Of a stretch of DNA of 64,000 nt, positions 51,601 through 63,422 are shown in pieces. Positions within the stretch are counted from its first letter, which is position 1, and each line of letters begins with the position of its first letter. Both the position numbers and the translations under genes were made by a program. The notes under the pieces are model-generated. The model saw only the letters and a list, made by a program, of their open reading frames with translations, did not search any database and was not told the DNA's origin. Location: positions 1 through 64,000 of the forward strand of contig MU006110.1 of NCBI GenBank assembly GCA_010093705.1. Direction: 5' to 3'. Source of the DNA: Patellaria atrata CBS 101060. Lineage: Eukaryota.

Positions 51601-51835
51601 ATGCGATGTGCTGCCAGGTATTACACCTTTCACACAAAACAGTGGCGCCATCGTCGTCTGTAAATTCACAAATGCATTTGATGGTAGAAGACTCCTCATC
51701 GTCGTTGGCCGTATCTAAGGCAAGCGCACCATTAGTATGAGCGAAGGTACCGGGTAGAGCGGCCACCGAGGTCAGCTGAGTATCAGCATGGGTTCTCAGT
51801 GACGGAAGTTCTGTCATAATCCGATCGCTGAGCAT
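48686..51835 (-). CDS. SET3: PHD finger + SET domain protein, Set3/Set4-like (start may be 51817)
   Basis: PHD: IKCICEFTDDDGATVLCERCNTWQHIACY..HECIDC. SET: YIDARREGTDLRYVRRSCAPN..GEEITIPW, with RRSC in place of NHSC as is typical of the Set3/MLL5 clade. Confidence 0.9.
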   Translation of the reverse strand: MLSDRIMTELPSLRTHADTQLTSVAALPGTFAHTNGALALDTANDDEESSTIKCICEFTDDDGATVLCERCNTWQHIACYYGVTNPDGVPEIHECIDCVPRPVDKKRAIEIQRDHRLRQAESKPRRPATKSHKKKIKDPVTGAVQSNGWPLSDKQNSYFAIDRKSGSPRDQQPPPNKRPKTNHKPSGSVASLSHQLVSISHSRKRASSTVHSRQSPTKSPITPGLNGSLVEYYAPEFMQLCRQQNDFRVIEANLLNDIGVTNDLFSWLKDPEALAAATNGRSPSEVFQRSDLSMDELAETAPNIVKEAREDKGVVIEGNHPVHQFLTVESQVPKGNYIGELKGHVGRKEEYFQIHSNRWATLRHPEPFVFFPPHLPIYIDARREGTDLRYVRRSCAPNLEMRVFIVDGNEWHFCFLSKTEIHPGEEITIPWEIHESVRDLLSSSLANGQFKNEGISQANEELARWSARVLANFGGCACNRPLDECAMRKFAYRRSGRQISDQTTHTQKSSRKAKKQGTQVSPLSTGRATNSRAGSEAVMGGDKEEDNADSRSTSGSAHSKVASRDITPATHVSGDTAAGIGVEMSDREKRKFLQEQKLFEQMENEPKRRKRNSGGSTLNTPNVTTSVGLLKDSTRNRPMTNTQQKQLGFPDPPVLLPTNLKDRTSESHIPRNHKHGQLNGRALLGKHSTQTHNANGVARHRSELIVRPVYTDSSVQTDQDANEKIEFPPKKRKKHTSSLRNMLLRQTTEMHAYYEDRQQPLSTNESAKDEAMTDVGYNDISTTAASDAQVTDGLEQLQHPSEDSSLQVPPVSDVEMENAAEDQQTTKPGSGVNGVDIVATKSTDEKSSDTSHPPIQPPAPPWSSKPSSPTMPGPEVPQLSRRSYGLQVELPPVPTFSTQSPTTPSAASTLGENAGAHAAVSPSGPGSQLQILSPSITNPTISTPRQKIKKMSLSEYKARSQKKGEALFAASQSDSLRATSPTGIISHNSPGSVRTSSPEASSAAQSSLPPSELGVIVPQMLRPPESLAVEDSTEQEHTVPSTEPLSGHI

Positions 51836-53801
51836 GTGAAGGTGGTTTCGTTTCTCTAGGAAGCAAATGTAAGTCTCGAGCTATCGGACGGGCATGACGA
51901 CCGTCGCGCTCGCGACGACTTCGTAGCCGTTTTCAACGCCGATTATGAATGTCCGAACTCGATGGGATGCAAAATGGACGATTTCCAGTCGCTTTGGTAC
52001 GTCGTGAGAGAGTTGCGCAGTGAGGCGTGAAGAGGTTCGCGCAGATGAGGAGATTGTTATAGGTAGTGGATAGCGATGATAAATTGGCTGATGCAATTCT
52101 ATCGAATTTTAATTCCAAAACTATCATCAGAAGCGATATTCGCATCCAATATTGTTGCGAGGCAAGCGATGGTCTCGAGGTTAAGGTAGTGTTGAGCAAG
52201 GCACGGTTGGGTGATTGGCGTTCAGCTGGTTGGCAGTAACAAGGGGTGTGGATGGCCAGTCGAGATGAAGGAAGAAGGGTCGAGTTGGCGATGAAAGGGT
52301 ATGCTTGAATTGACGGCAGGAAGAAGGTGTGTAGGAGAGGAAGATGAAGAGGAGAAGATTGCGCTTGAGTGGGTAGAGACCTGAGGGTGGGAGGAGGGTT
52401 GAAGGGGAAGGAAAGAGAGCAGACAAGCAAAAGGCGCTTTCCTTCTTTCTCATTGCAAGAGAACGAGGATTCCGGCTAATCCTAAACGGGACGAACATGG
52501 GCCCCTCCAGCGTCCGAAGGGCCAAGCGTGAAATCACTGGGAATATAAGGGGAAAAAAAAGGTTCAACCAGCGATAATAAGAGCATAACATGAGAAAAAG
52601 CTGGTTGGATATGAACAGAAAGGATATACTTTTTACAGTAGGAATATATATATATATATAAAAAACGAAGGTCGAATGGAGGATGGGAGTAGAGTAAAAG
52701 ATGAAGATAAAAGGTCCACTGTTGTTCGCTTGCGCCGCATATGTTGGTTATGAGGGGAGCACCACAGAACACCACCTCAAGAGGCAGCGTCGTTACCTTA
52801 CCAGCAGACCTCTTCTCAATATAATATCTTCTCCGCAGTTTTGCATGAAAAGTAGATGTAGAGCAGAGTATGAAAGAGCAAACAGAAATACCGTTACAAA
52901 GTATACGAAATTTTATCGAGTAAATAACAACGAATAATAATAAGAAGTGTTTTTGTAGGAGCAAGAGGTAACGGATGCAAGGTGGAGAGAAAGTGGACAG
53001 GCATGGAGTGAATAAAAGCGGCTAGGGAGGGCTGGCAAAAGTGGCATGAAAGACTTTTCAAGGATCAACAAGGCCGAAGTTTAACGAATCACAGTGCCCT
53101 CATACCCTTGTCTGGTTTCTCTTCGCCTGAGTTCGGGCGCATCGTTCGCTCCTTGACTGTTCAGTTTTTGAAAGGATTCTTAGAACTAGTTACGAACTAA
53201 TAAATCATGTGATGTTTCATCTCCAATTTACACCTGTATGCTTAAGGTAGGTAAGGTAGCTAGGATGACCGGCCGCTTATTCCTTCCGGCTGGACTTCGA
53301 AACTGGTAAAGTACCGTATGGTAAGGTAGAGGTATGGACTCAGGAGTTTAAACCTCTCTTTGGAAAAATCACCTGCCAGAATGATGTGTGAATCACCGAT
53401 AAGTGATGAACACCAAGTAACGACTACAAGTATAGATCGAGACTCATGTTGCCTACCTCTTCCAATTCTTCCCTTTATCGTCTCCAGCCCCCTCTTCTCT
53501 AGTAATCGTTGCAAACCAACCTGATAGGTGCTGCATGCTGATTATCAGTATTACTGCATGTAGACACATCGGTTTGAAAGACGGAAGGACCTTGAACAGC
53601 AGCGCAATTCATCACAATGTATTATCAACGCTCCTATTGGGTTCCAACCTTGTGGTGTACTATACTCTTGCCTTACAACCCGCTCTTGACCAGTCAGGCA
53701 TTTTATAGCTTCTGAAATGACCCGTACAGCCGCGTCTACTTTCGTTTGAGAATATCCCTATTTCTGGATGGCCGGATAACCCCATGGTTCGGATCGTGGA
53801 T

Positions 53802-54835
53802 TCATCCTCGGAGAAGACCAATATGAACTACAAAACCAGAATTCTCTCCAAGTTCTTTCGTTACGAAGGCATCTGGAAGTCTCCAGGTTCTGAACCGTGC
53901 GTGGAAACTTGTCAACCACGACTCGAAGACATCTGGAGACCGCAGTTGTTGGGCGATGATACAGACAGTCGGTTCTGCAGCGGCACCTCCTATTTGACGG
54001 AGTTCACAGATATCAACGCAAGTACTCACGAAGGGTTCTATAAGAGCCTCGTTGTAGATGCAGTCGCATGCAATCACGACGTCAAATCCTACATTTGGAA
54101 GTTCGGCCGGACTCTGACTTGGCCCTTTGAGCACCCTTTGAAGTGAAGAAACCGCATCCATCTCCCAGTCCAGGGGAACTACTGATACGTTCGAGGGAAG
54201 ATCATCAGTCTCAGCCCTAGCTGGGCGTTCACGAGTTCGCCTGTTTCCATTGGATCGTGCCGGGACGGATGATGGAGTGTTTTCCGCAATGTTTTGTTTC
54301 AACAACTTGAGAGCATAAACTTGATCCGTTGCAACGTATGCTCTTACACTCGATGCTAAGCACGATGTGACCATGCCAGAAACGCCAGAACCTAATTCTA
54401 TGACTGATGAGTTTGGTCCAAGGACCTCATATTCTTTGAATATGTTTTGTTGGCTTAGCCACTCAGCTAACAAGGGTGTAACCTTCCATAATACTGTGAA
54501 CCGTAAGGTTAGACGTCGGGGAAATAGGGAGATGCATTGTAGACTCACCAGCGCCTGTTGTCCCCTCCTTTTGATTAGAAGATAGAACCGTAGGTGACTG
54601 ATATATGACAAAATCTCTACCGGCAACAGTGATATCGAGGACAGTTCGTTTTGGATCAACCATGCCAAGACCATGGGACGGAATCGGTTGTGAGAATGTG
54701 ATAAAGGCCTCTAGTCAAAGCAGAATAAGTTACTGCTTGCGTGAAATATTCGTGCCTAGTAGGATCAAACATGTGGTCACCTTCTTCCGGATCCCGTACT
54801 TCGTCGCCGAGAGCGCCAATCAATCGATCAAGCAT
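53802..54835 (-). CDS. Seven-beta-strand protein methyltransferase (family 16), Rkm5-like (3 exons)
   Basis: IYQSPTVLSS..GTTGA/VLWKVTPLLAEWL, VIELGSGVSG, YVATDQ, LDWE, VVIACDCIYNEAL, QQLRSPDVF. Confidence 0.88.
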
Positions 54836-55819
54836 GGCTGCGCCTCGTTCTCTTCAGCGCCAGTTTTGTTGACAAGTATGAAAATGGAAGAGATGCAATA
54901 ATAAGCAGGAGAAGAACAGAAGTAAAGATCCAACCGTCTCGGTTTTTAGCTGTTTATGAAAGCAGTATATCTGAATCAAGAGTAATCCAACTGGAGGCAG
55001 GAGATCCAGCCTTACAGTAAAGTCTGGCGAACAGCTAGTTCTACCTAATAACCTGATAATGAGGGATACTTTGTTCAATACCAGATATGTCCTTTTCAGT
55101 TCTAATGTAATACCAAGGCGAGATATCCAAGGGACTATCTGGGGCACCAAGAACCGGGCCCGCTTTAGGTTGGTCGCCTGGAGGGTTGTGACTTTTGTGA
55201 TTGCCCCAAGGTAGGTAGCCGTGGAGGTCCTCCACCATACGTAAAGTTCTTGTACAGGAGTGTCAAAAGATACTCGGAGTCGGGGTTTACTATACGTTAA
55301 AAAGCTACGTCAGCTCGCTTCCAACCCGACGGAAGGTTACCGGAGAGGTATCGTACAAGTACAATACAGTACAGTACCCATTCAGATACGGAGTAGTTAT
55401 CCACGCTTACGGTAATGGTTATTCGTCTAGCCCAAGATATCCTGGTTCTAGACATTCCCCCTGGTCGAAAGTGCAGCACCAGCTTTGTGCCAGCCTCAGG
55501 TCTTGTCCCAGCTACTTGTCCAGCTAATTGTCCATCAGCTTGGAACTTTCCAACTCACTTATTATTACGAGAATCTCCTCGCAAGAAACTCTCAATCTAG
55601 CTTTCTCATCCTCAAGCTGATACTCATCTCATCACCTGCATCGTTTAAACCTTTACCCCTACACCACATCTGACCATCTTACTTCGTCATAACCTGCCCA
55701 GAGCTCCGAGACAGTCTCCATATCAACGACTCCCCTACAAATACCTGCATCTAAACACCTGCAGTTGATCTTAATCCCTCGAATCCCTCGCGACATCGGG
55801 ACACTATTAGATCTGAAAC

Positions 55820-58259
55820 ATGGTCAACCTGAAGACCTTGGCTCCCCAGCCCAAGGCCTCAAAATCCGGGCCTTATACCGCAGAAGCGCCTGGTTACCAG
55901 AAGGTTGATGGCGAGACCATCCCTAGGCGCAATGTAAAAGCCAAAGATCAGCTCCTTACCAAACCTAATGATAATGTCTCCACCATCTTTGAGCTGGTCA
56001 AGCACAGCTCTGCTAAGTTCGGCAATGCGAAAGCTGTGGGATACCGTACTATGGTCCATGTTCATAACGAGACCAAGAAAATCAAGAAAATCGTAGACGG
56101 CAAAGAGCAGGAAGTTGACAAGAGCTGGCAATATTTTGAGCTTAGCGGATACAAATACCTCAGTTTCGTAGAATATGAGCAGCTCATGCTGAAGATTGGT
56201 GCTGGCTTTCGAAAGCTAGGCATTGCCAGCCCCGAGAGAGTGCACATATTTGCTGCCACCAGGTAAGGTTTTAATAAGAGCTTTCTGATACTTGGGTCAC
56301 CTTTCTAATTTAAATTAGCCCCCGCTGGCTTGCTATAGCACACGGTGAGTCCCTAAATTCAAACTCCGTTATAAACTAGCCTAACGAATTAAAACAGGAG
56401 CCATCTCCCAGTCAATACCCATCGTAACTGCATATGACACCCTAGGAGAGGAAGGTCTCAAGCACTCTCTTTTGCAAACAAAGGCAAAGTTGATCTATAC
56501 CGATCCTCACCTTCTAACGAAGCTCATCCGACCACTCAATGAGGCTAAATCCATCGACTTCGTTGTGTACGATGACCTTAATGGGGTTAAACAGGAGGAT
56601 ATCGATAAATTGAAAAAGGCTCACCCACACCTCACCATACATAGCTTTGACGAGCTGATAAGGTTCGGCGAGAAAAACCCAATCGAACCTACACCCCCAA
56701 AGCCAGATGATTTAGCCTGCATCATGTTCACCAGTGGGTCTACGGGAACTCCCAAAGGAGTTATGATCAAGCACAGCAACATCGTTGCCGCAGGTAAGTG
56801 GAGATTGACCCATCTTTACTCTGTTGTTATTATGTTTCATGAGCAATGCTGACACCCTCCTCTCCATCAGTTGCTGGGGTTGATCTCATCGTTGGTCCAT
56901 ACCTTGGCCCTGGTGATGGCTTACTCACATACTTACCCCTTGCGCACATTCTAGAGTTTGTCTTTGAGAATGCAGTGCTGTACTGGGGTGGCACCATGGG
57001 GTATGGAAGTGTCAGGACCTTATCGGACACAAATGTTCGTAACTGCAAAGGCGACATCCGCGAATTTAAACCTACAGTCCTTGTTGGCGTCCCTGCTGTT
57101 TGGGAAACAGTCAAGAAAGGAATCCTTACTAAGGTGAATGCTGGCAGCGCTCTCACCAAGAATGTCTTTTGGGGAGCTATGGCTACTAAGAGTTTTCTCC
57201 TGTCAAATGGCCTCCCCGGAAGTGGTGTCCTCGATTCTATTGTCTTCAATAAGGTCAAAGAAGCTACGGGAGGTAAGCTAAGAATTTGCATGAATGGTGG
57301 GGGGCCAATCGCAAAGGAAACTCAACGCTTCATTTCCATGGCTATTACTCCTATGATCAGTGGCTACGGTCTAACGGAGACGTGTGGGTAAGTGCTAGGA
57401 AGGAGTACCTATCATGCGTATCAAATCTAACGATCATATAGAATGGGTGCCCTGATGGATCCGTTAGCCTGGACTGATACTACTCTTGGCGAACTTCCCG
57501 GCTCTATTGAGGTTAAACTCGTAGATTTTGCAGATGCTGGATACTTCTCGACGAACAATCCACCACAGGGAGAAATCTTGATTCGTGGCGGTGCAGTTAC
57601 AACTGGCTATCTTGATCTTCCAAAGGAAACCGAGGAGTCCTATACTTCCGATGGATGGTTCAAGACTGGTGATATTGGAGAGTTTAGCCCAAAGGGTGAC
57701 CTCCGTATCATCGACAGGAAGAAGAATTTGGTCAAGACCCTAGCAGGAGAGTACATCGCTCTAGAGAAGGTATTTAATCACATGATTGTGATACGGTTAT
57801 TTACCGAAATTGACATCTTTTAAGCTCGAATCCACATATCGTGCTGCTCAGGCAGTTGCTAACATCTGCATCTATGCTCGTGCCGATAAGCATAAACCCA
57901 TTGCAATCATTGTCCCGGCCGAGCCAGCTTTCAAGAAACTAGCGGCCGAAAAGGGCGTGAAGGGCGAACACCTTGAAGAATTAGTTCACAGCGATGTTCT
58001 CAATAAAGCTGTTCATCAGCAGCTCCTAGATGTCGGAAGGAAAGGGGGCCTCGCATCATTTGAACTGATTGATGGTATTGTCCTCGCAGATGAAGAATGG
58101 ACTCCTCAAAATGTGGGTAGAATCATGTCAATACTATTTTAATAACGGTCGCTAATCATCACCTAGGGGTTCACCACTGCTTCCCAGAAGCTCAATCGCA
58201 AGGTTATCCTTGACAAGTACCAGAAGGAGGTTGATAAGGCTTATTCGGGCAGCTCGTAA
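55820..58259 (+). CDS. Long-chain fatty acid-CoA ligase (Faa1/Faa4-like)
   Basis: IMFTSGSTGTPKGV, YLPLAHILE, GYGLTET, DGWFKTGDIG, IIDRKKNLVK..GEYIALEKLE, TASQKLNR. Multi-exon. Confidence 0.96.
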
Positions 58260-58783
58260 TCATCTCTATGCTATTAGGATGTTATTCTACCTGTTGGGAC
58301 GTAGAGCTTTATGTATAGCACGAAGCTCTGCGTCTCATGGCGTTTCTATCTGGAAATTTGGGGAATCTTAATTCGGTTCCGGCTGTATTTAATGCTTAAG
58401 TTTGATTCATTGCTTCGTAGGCCTGAAAATGTTTCGAGCTTATACTAAATGGTTCGATCGTTCCATGTCTGCTTCGGCAGTATGAGATCTTAACCAAACG
58501 AATGTTGAAGTTTCGAAAATTTGATCCTGTAACCTTGATAGTCGTGCCTCTAATTGCTTCGCTCTTCGATCGGGGGAGAGCAAAGCGAGTTATGCTTTGA
58601 TTTTGTGTTCATGGCTTGAATTATAATTACATTGCGTTAATCATCTTGATAACAATTCTTATGAAAGTATAGAGTATTGAAGTGATTGGTTCCAACATGG
58701 TTTTTGCCTCTTAAATTTGAAGTGCTAGACGAACATCAGGAACAACGTAACGATGCACATCTGCTCTTCCCATTGCTAGATCT

Positions 58784-61051
58784 ATGTTCCTTTGGCAAAC
58801 ATTTAGTCGGTCAACGAAAAGATTTCGTTCTAAATTCTTGTTTTTACCATATTCAAAGATGCATCGGGCACCGCAAGCCATGATAACTCGGCCGATGGCC
58901 ACAGATATCACCGTGAACATACCACGGGATCCGAATACACTATCCAACTACCACAACTTTGTCACTACCCACGTAACGGCCAACCTCGAGATTGACTTCA
59001 ACAAGAAGATTCTCACTGGGAGCGTTTTCCTAACCTTGAAGTCTGTAACTCATTCGGAAACCGATGAGATCAAACTTGATACCAGGTAGGGCAGCTTTCA
59101 CCAACAAAGTTCTTGAATAGAACTATAGTGGCCGAGCGAGTTTATACAGTACTAATACGCTTGTAGCTACCTCGAAATTAAGGACGTCAAGGTTGAAGGT
59201 AAAAGCTCAGAATGGAAGATTGCTCCGCGCCTTGAACCCTATGGGAGCGCGCTCTCGATCAAATTAGACCAGGGAGTGGAGAAGGACAAGGACGTGGAGT
59301 TAGAGGCTCGTAGCTTCTACTGCACTGCAGGTCCGTTTAACTAACATAGGTAGATTTTATTGAGTACAACTTCACAATGCACTGCTCTTCAATGGATGGG
59401 CCCAGAGCAAACGTCGAACAAAAAGCATCCTTATCTCTGTAAGAATCCCACTTAATTGATTTAGCAGGAACGCAGCACCTCTAATATCTTTGCAGTTTCC
59501 CAGTGTCAAGCCATACATGCGAGATCTGTATTCCCATGTCAAGACACACCGGATGTGAAGTCAACTTTCGAATTCAATATAAGGTCGCCGCTACCAGTGC
59601 TTGCCAGTGGTCTTCCGACTGGATCTAGAGACTATCGACCTGGAAATGATGGTGATAGTGGCACGTTGCTCTATACTTTCAGACAGCAAGTACCCATTCC
59701 AAGTTATTTGTTTGCTCTAGCAAGTGGTGACCTTGCATGTGCATCTATTGGCCCCAGGAGCACAGTATGGACGGGTCCGGAAGAACTCTCCGCGTGTAAG
59801 TGGGAGCTCGAACGTGATATGGAAACATATATGGAAGTAGCAGAAAGGATTGTGTTCCCATACGCATGGACTACGTACAATGTCCTTGTATTGCCTGCGT
59901 CCTTTCCCTATGGGGGCATGGAAAATCCAATTTTCACATTCGCTACGCCGACTATAATAAGCGGCGACCGTAAGTTTTCCTGTATCTGCATTAGTTGATG
60001 CCCACTGACTGATCCCCTAGGCGAGAACGTTGACGTTATTGCGCACGAGTTATCCCATAGCTGGAGCGGCAATCTTGTCAGCAATGCTTCCTGGGAACAC
60101 TTTTGGCTCAATGAAGGCTGGACAACCTACCTGGAACGACGTCTTCAAGCGGCGATTCATGGCGATTCTCACCGTGACTTTTCAGCGATTATCGGATGGA
60201 AGGCTCTTCAGGACTCTGTTGAGAGATATGGTGAAGGTCATGAATTTACAAGACTGGTAATTGACCTCAAAGGTAAAGACCCGGATGACGCTTTTAGCTC
60301 AATTCCATATGAGAAAGGTTTCATATTCTTGTATTACCTTGAAAAGCTCATAGGAAAAGATTCATGGGACAAGTTCATCCCACACGTACGTTATACCACT
60401 TTTCCGCATAAGGGTATATATCTTACATATTTACAGTACTTCAATAAGTTCAAATACAAGTCCCTCGACTCGTATGACTTCAAATCCACTCTACTCGACT
60501 TCTTTGCGTCTGACGATGCTGCGTCCAAGAAGCTTACCGATATCGATTGGGACAAATGGTTCTACGCCCCGGGCTACCCTCCTAAACCCGACTTTGACGA
60601 AACCCTTGTGAAAGCGTGCTACGCCCTAGCCGATAAATGGGAAGCTCACACCCAGAATCCAGACGATGGTTTTAAGCCTCGTTCCTCGGACATTGCGTCC
60701 TGGACCGCGAACCAGAGCGTCGTATTTCTCGAGAAGTTACAGAAGATGGATTACCCACTGCGTACCGACGATGTCACTTTGATGGGTGATACGTATGGAT
60801 ATGCCGAGAGCCAAAATGTAGAACTTGTCAGTAGGTTCTTTGGACTTGGCTTGACGGCAAAATGTGAAAAGGTCTATGAGCCGACGGCTGAGCTCCTTGG
60901 GAAAGTCGGTAGGATGAAGTTTGTGAGGCCTCTTTATAGGCAATTGAATCTGGCAGACAGGGCACTGGCGCTGAAGACATTCGAGAAGAATAAGACCTTC
61001 TATCACCCGATCTGTAGGGGTCTGTTAGAGAAGGACCTTGGATACAACTGA
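58784..61051 (+). CDS. LTA4H: Leukotriene A4 hydrolase / M1 aminopeptidase (Lap2)
   Basis: [42 protein letters not shown] (HExxH), [24 protein letters not shown]. In-frame ATGs at 58784, 58859, 58880 and 58895. Confidence 0.96.
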
Positions 61052-61559
61052 TAGATAGGACAAGTGGAATCCGAAATGGGATTCTCTGGAAACGGCTTGT
61101 TGGGTCTCTATTCAGATAAGAGTTGCGACCTGTATCTGGCTTCCATACTTATCGACCCATTAGCATAGTTCTAAGCATAATGCAACCATCCTACGAGTGC
61201 TGATGTACTTTTATCCTCACCACGTAAATACACACGATCATCTTCTCAGTTCATGAGCTTCCTATGATCAACCTCTTTCTTGTGATATAGGTTTCATTCT
61301 CGTAGTCTTCTGTTGTTAGAACTCAGAAGAGATTCTTCCCAGTCAAGGTTAGTTTTCTAATACTAGTCCCAGAGCGGTGAAGCGCAAATACCTTAGTTCT
61401 ATCAGTTCAGGGGCTGCAATGAATTCGAACATCAACAGGATCCTTTTCGAAGCAACAACTTTATATGGGTATACATACGTTATTAGTAAAGGATATAATG
61501 ATTGTATGATTTATTAAATTGGTTTAGAACTATACGGGCTACTCTCTTCCTGGCGCACG

Positions 61560-63422
61560 ATGCGCCTTACACTAAATCGCCTAATACAAGCTTGTGTCGT
61601 TGCTGTTATTATTGTCATATGCTTATATTCCCCTTTAAGCGGTTCTGCGAGAAATGATGTCGAGCTTCACCGATCTCAGAGCGCTCACAGAAGAGGGAAG
61701 ATAAAAACCGCGTTCCTTCATGGCTATCGGGCGTATAAAACTTATGCCTTCCCTCATGACTCCTTAAAACCGCTCAGCAAAACGTATCGCGATGACAGGT
61801 ATGGACTTCTGTCTACTTTATCTGTCTACTCTATCTGTCTACTCTATCTCTTTAGTTGCGCGACAAAAGTCGAGATCATTACGTTCCACTAAAGCTAATT
61901 TATTGATCTAGGAGCGGATGGGGACTAACAGCAGTAGACGCCTTGACTGGTGCTATTCTACTTGAGATCCCTGATGTGGTCCATGAGACATTGGATCATG
62001 TAAATTCAATCGACTTCGATGTAGTCGAAGGGGGAAAGTATGCAGTTTTCGGCACAACAATCAGATATCTGGGTGCTCTCCTTTCAGGTACAGTCTCACT
62101 GTTCGCGGTCAATATAGAAATCCCCTAAACGACGCCCAGCATACGACTTGTTAACTACAACTCATAAACGCTTGGTTTCGGACCTACCTCCAGCGAAGAT
62201 TCAAACTCTGTTGTCCCAAGCAGAAAGGTTAGGTATGAGACTGGCACCCGCTTTCAGCACCCCCTATGGTATAAATCATCATACTCTATTTCCAAACGGT
62301 TCGTTTGAGAATCCCCATAATGACCATACTGATATCACCTCCATATCTGGGCTTGTCCTCGAGTTCACCCACCTCTCTTCTCTAACAGGCAATTCTACAT
62401 ACGGCACACTGGCCCAGAAGTCTATGTTGAATCTCTTGAACCCTAAACCCGACCCCGTATCCTCGTACCCAGGCCTGCTCCCCAAACACGTCAACATCAC
62501 CACTGGTGTCTTCGAAACCGAGGACTTGGGCGGCTGGTCACACTCCGGTGGCGGTTTCTACGAAATGCTAATGAAGAACTACGTCTACGACCCTACCGGT
62601 TTTTCTGACTACCGAGATACCTGGATCCACGCGGCCGATTCCACCATCAAGAACCTAGCCTCGCATCCTCTGCAACGGCCCGATCTCACCTTCCTCGCCG
62701 ACTTCCAGGGTGACAAACTCATCTACCGCGCTGACGCGAGCGGAATGTTTGCCCCCGCGAACTTCATTCTCGGCGGGGCCGTGACGGGAGAGAAGCGCTT
62801 CGTAGATTTTGGTCTTCGGCTCCTGAAATCGTACGTCTCGTTGTACGAGGCCACCACCTCAGGGCTAGCTCCCGACGTTATTTCATGGATCCCTGCGACC
62901 TGTACTTCGGATGATGTCGACACGAAACCCGAGTGCCGTGTCCCCGAGGAATACGCGACACAAGAGGAGAGCGGGTTCGTCAAGAAACACGGGTTTTGGG
63001 CCACAGATTCCAGATACCTTCTCCGGCCCGAGGTGCTAGAGAGCTTATACTACGCCTACCGAATCACCGGGGATCGGAAATACCAACGAATTTCCTTCGA
63101 CCTGGCAACGAAAATCATCCACGCGTGTTGGGTCGAGTCTGGGTTCGCGGAACTGAAAGACGTCAACGTAGCTCTGAATCAGACGTTGACGGAGGGTAAG
63201 AATGATTGGATGAGCAGCTATATGCTGAGCGAGGTGCTGATGTATGCGTATATTGTGCATGTTGAGGTTGGTGAACTGATGCTTGAAGATGGGCAGATTA
63301 TGAAAATGGCTGATGATGGTGAGCAGGATGATCAGTCGTGGCATGTGGGGCGGAAGAGGATGGAATGGGTTTTTAGTACGCAAGGGCATCCGTTGAGAGT
63401 GAAAGCGAGTGTGAAATCATGA
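61560..63422 (+). CDS. Class I alpha-1,2-mannosidase (GH47) homolog with a degenerate active site
   Basis: N-terminal signal or anchor, AFLHGYRAYKTYAFPHDSLKPLS, GWGLTAVDAL, VFGTTIRYLGALLS, LVLEF, YLLRPEVLESLYYAYRITGD, WVFSTQGHP. Confidence 0.9.
61809..61849. repeat. 13-bp intronic tandem repeat (TCTGTCTACTYTA) x3
   Basis: Seen directly in the first intron of the GH47 gene. Confidence 0.85.

Noticed and set aside
51881..52964. Several 70-165 aa ORFs upstream of SET3
   Set aside because: Pyrimidine-rich leader or promoter composition explains the Leu/Ser/Pro/Phe-rich frames.
20670..61051. A leukotriene/eicosanoid-like cluster (MAPEG, GGCT, acyl-CoA ligase, LTA4H)
   Set aside because: The genes are spread over 40 kb among unrelated housekeeping genes, fungal LTA4H is mainly an aminopeptidase, and no shared regulatory signal was seen.
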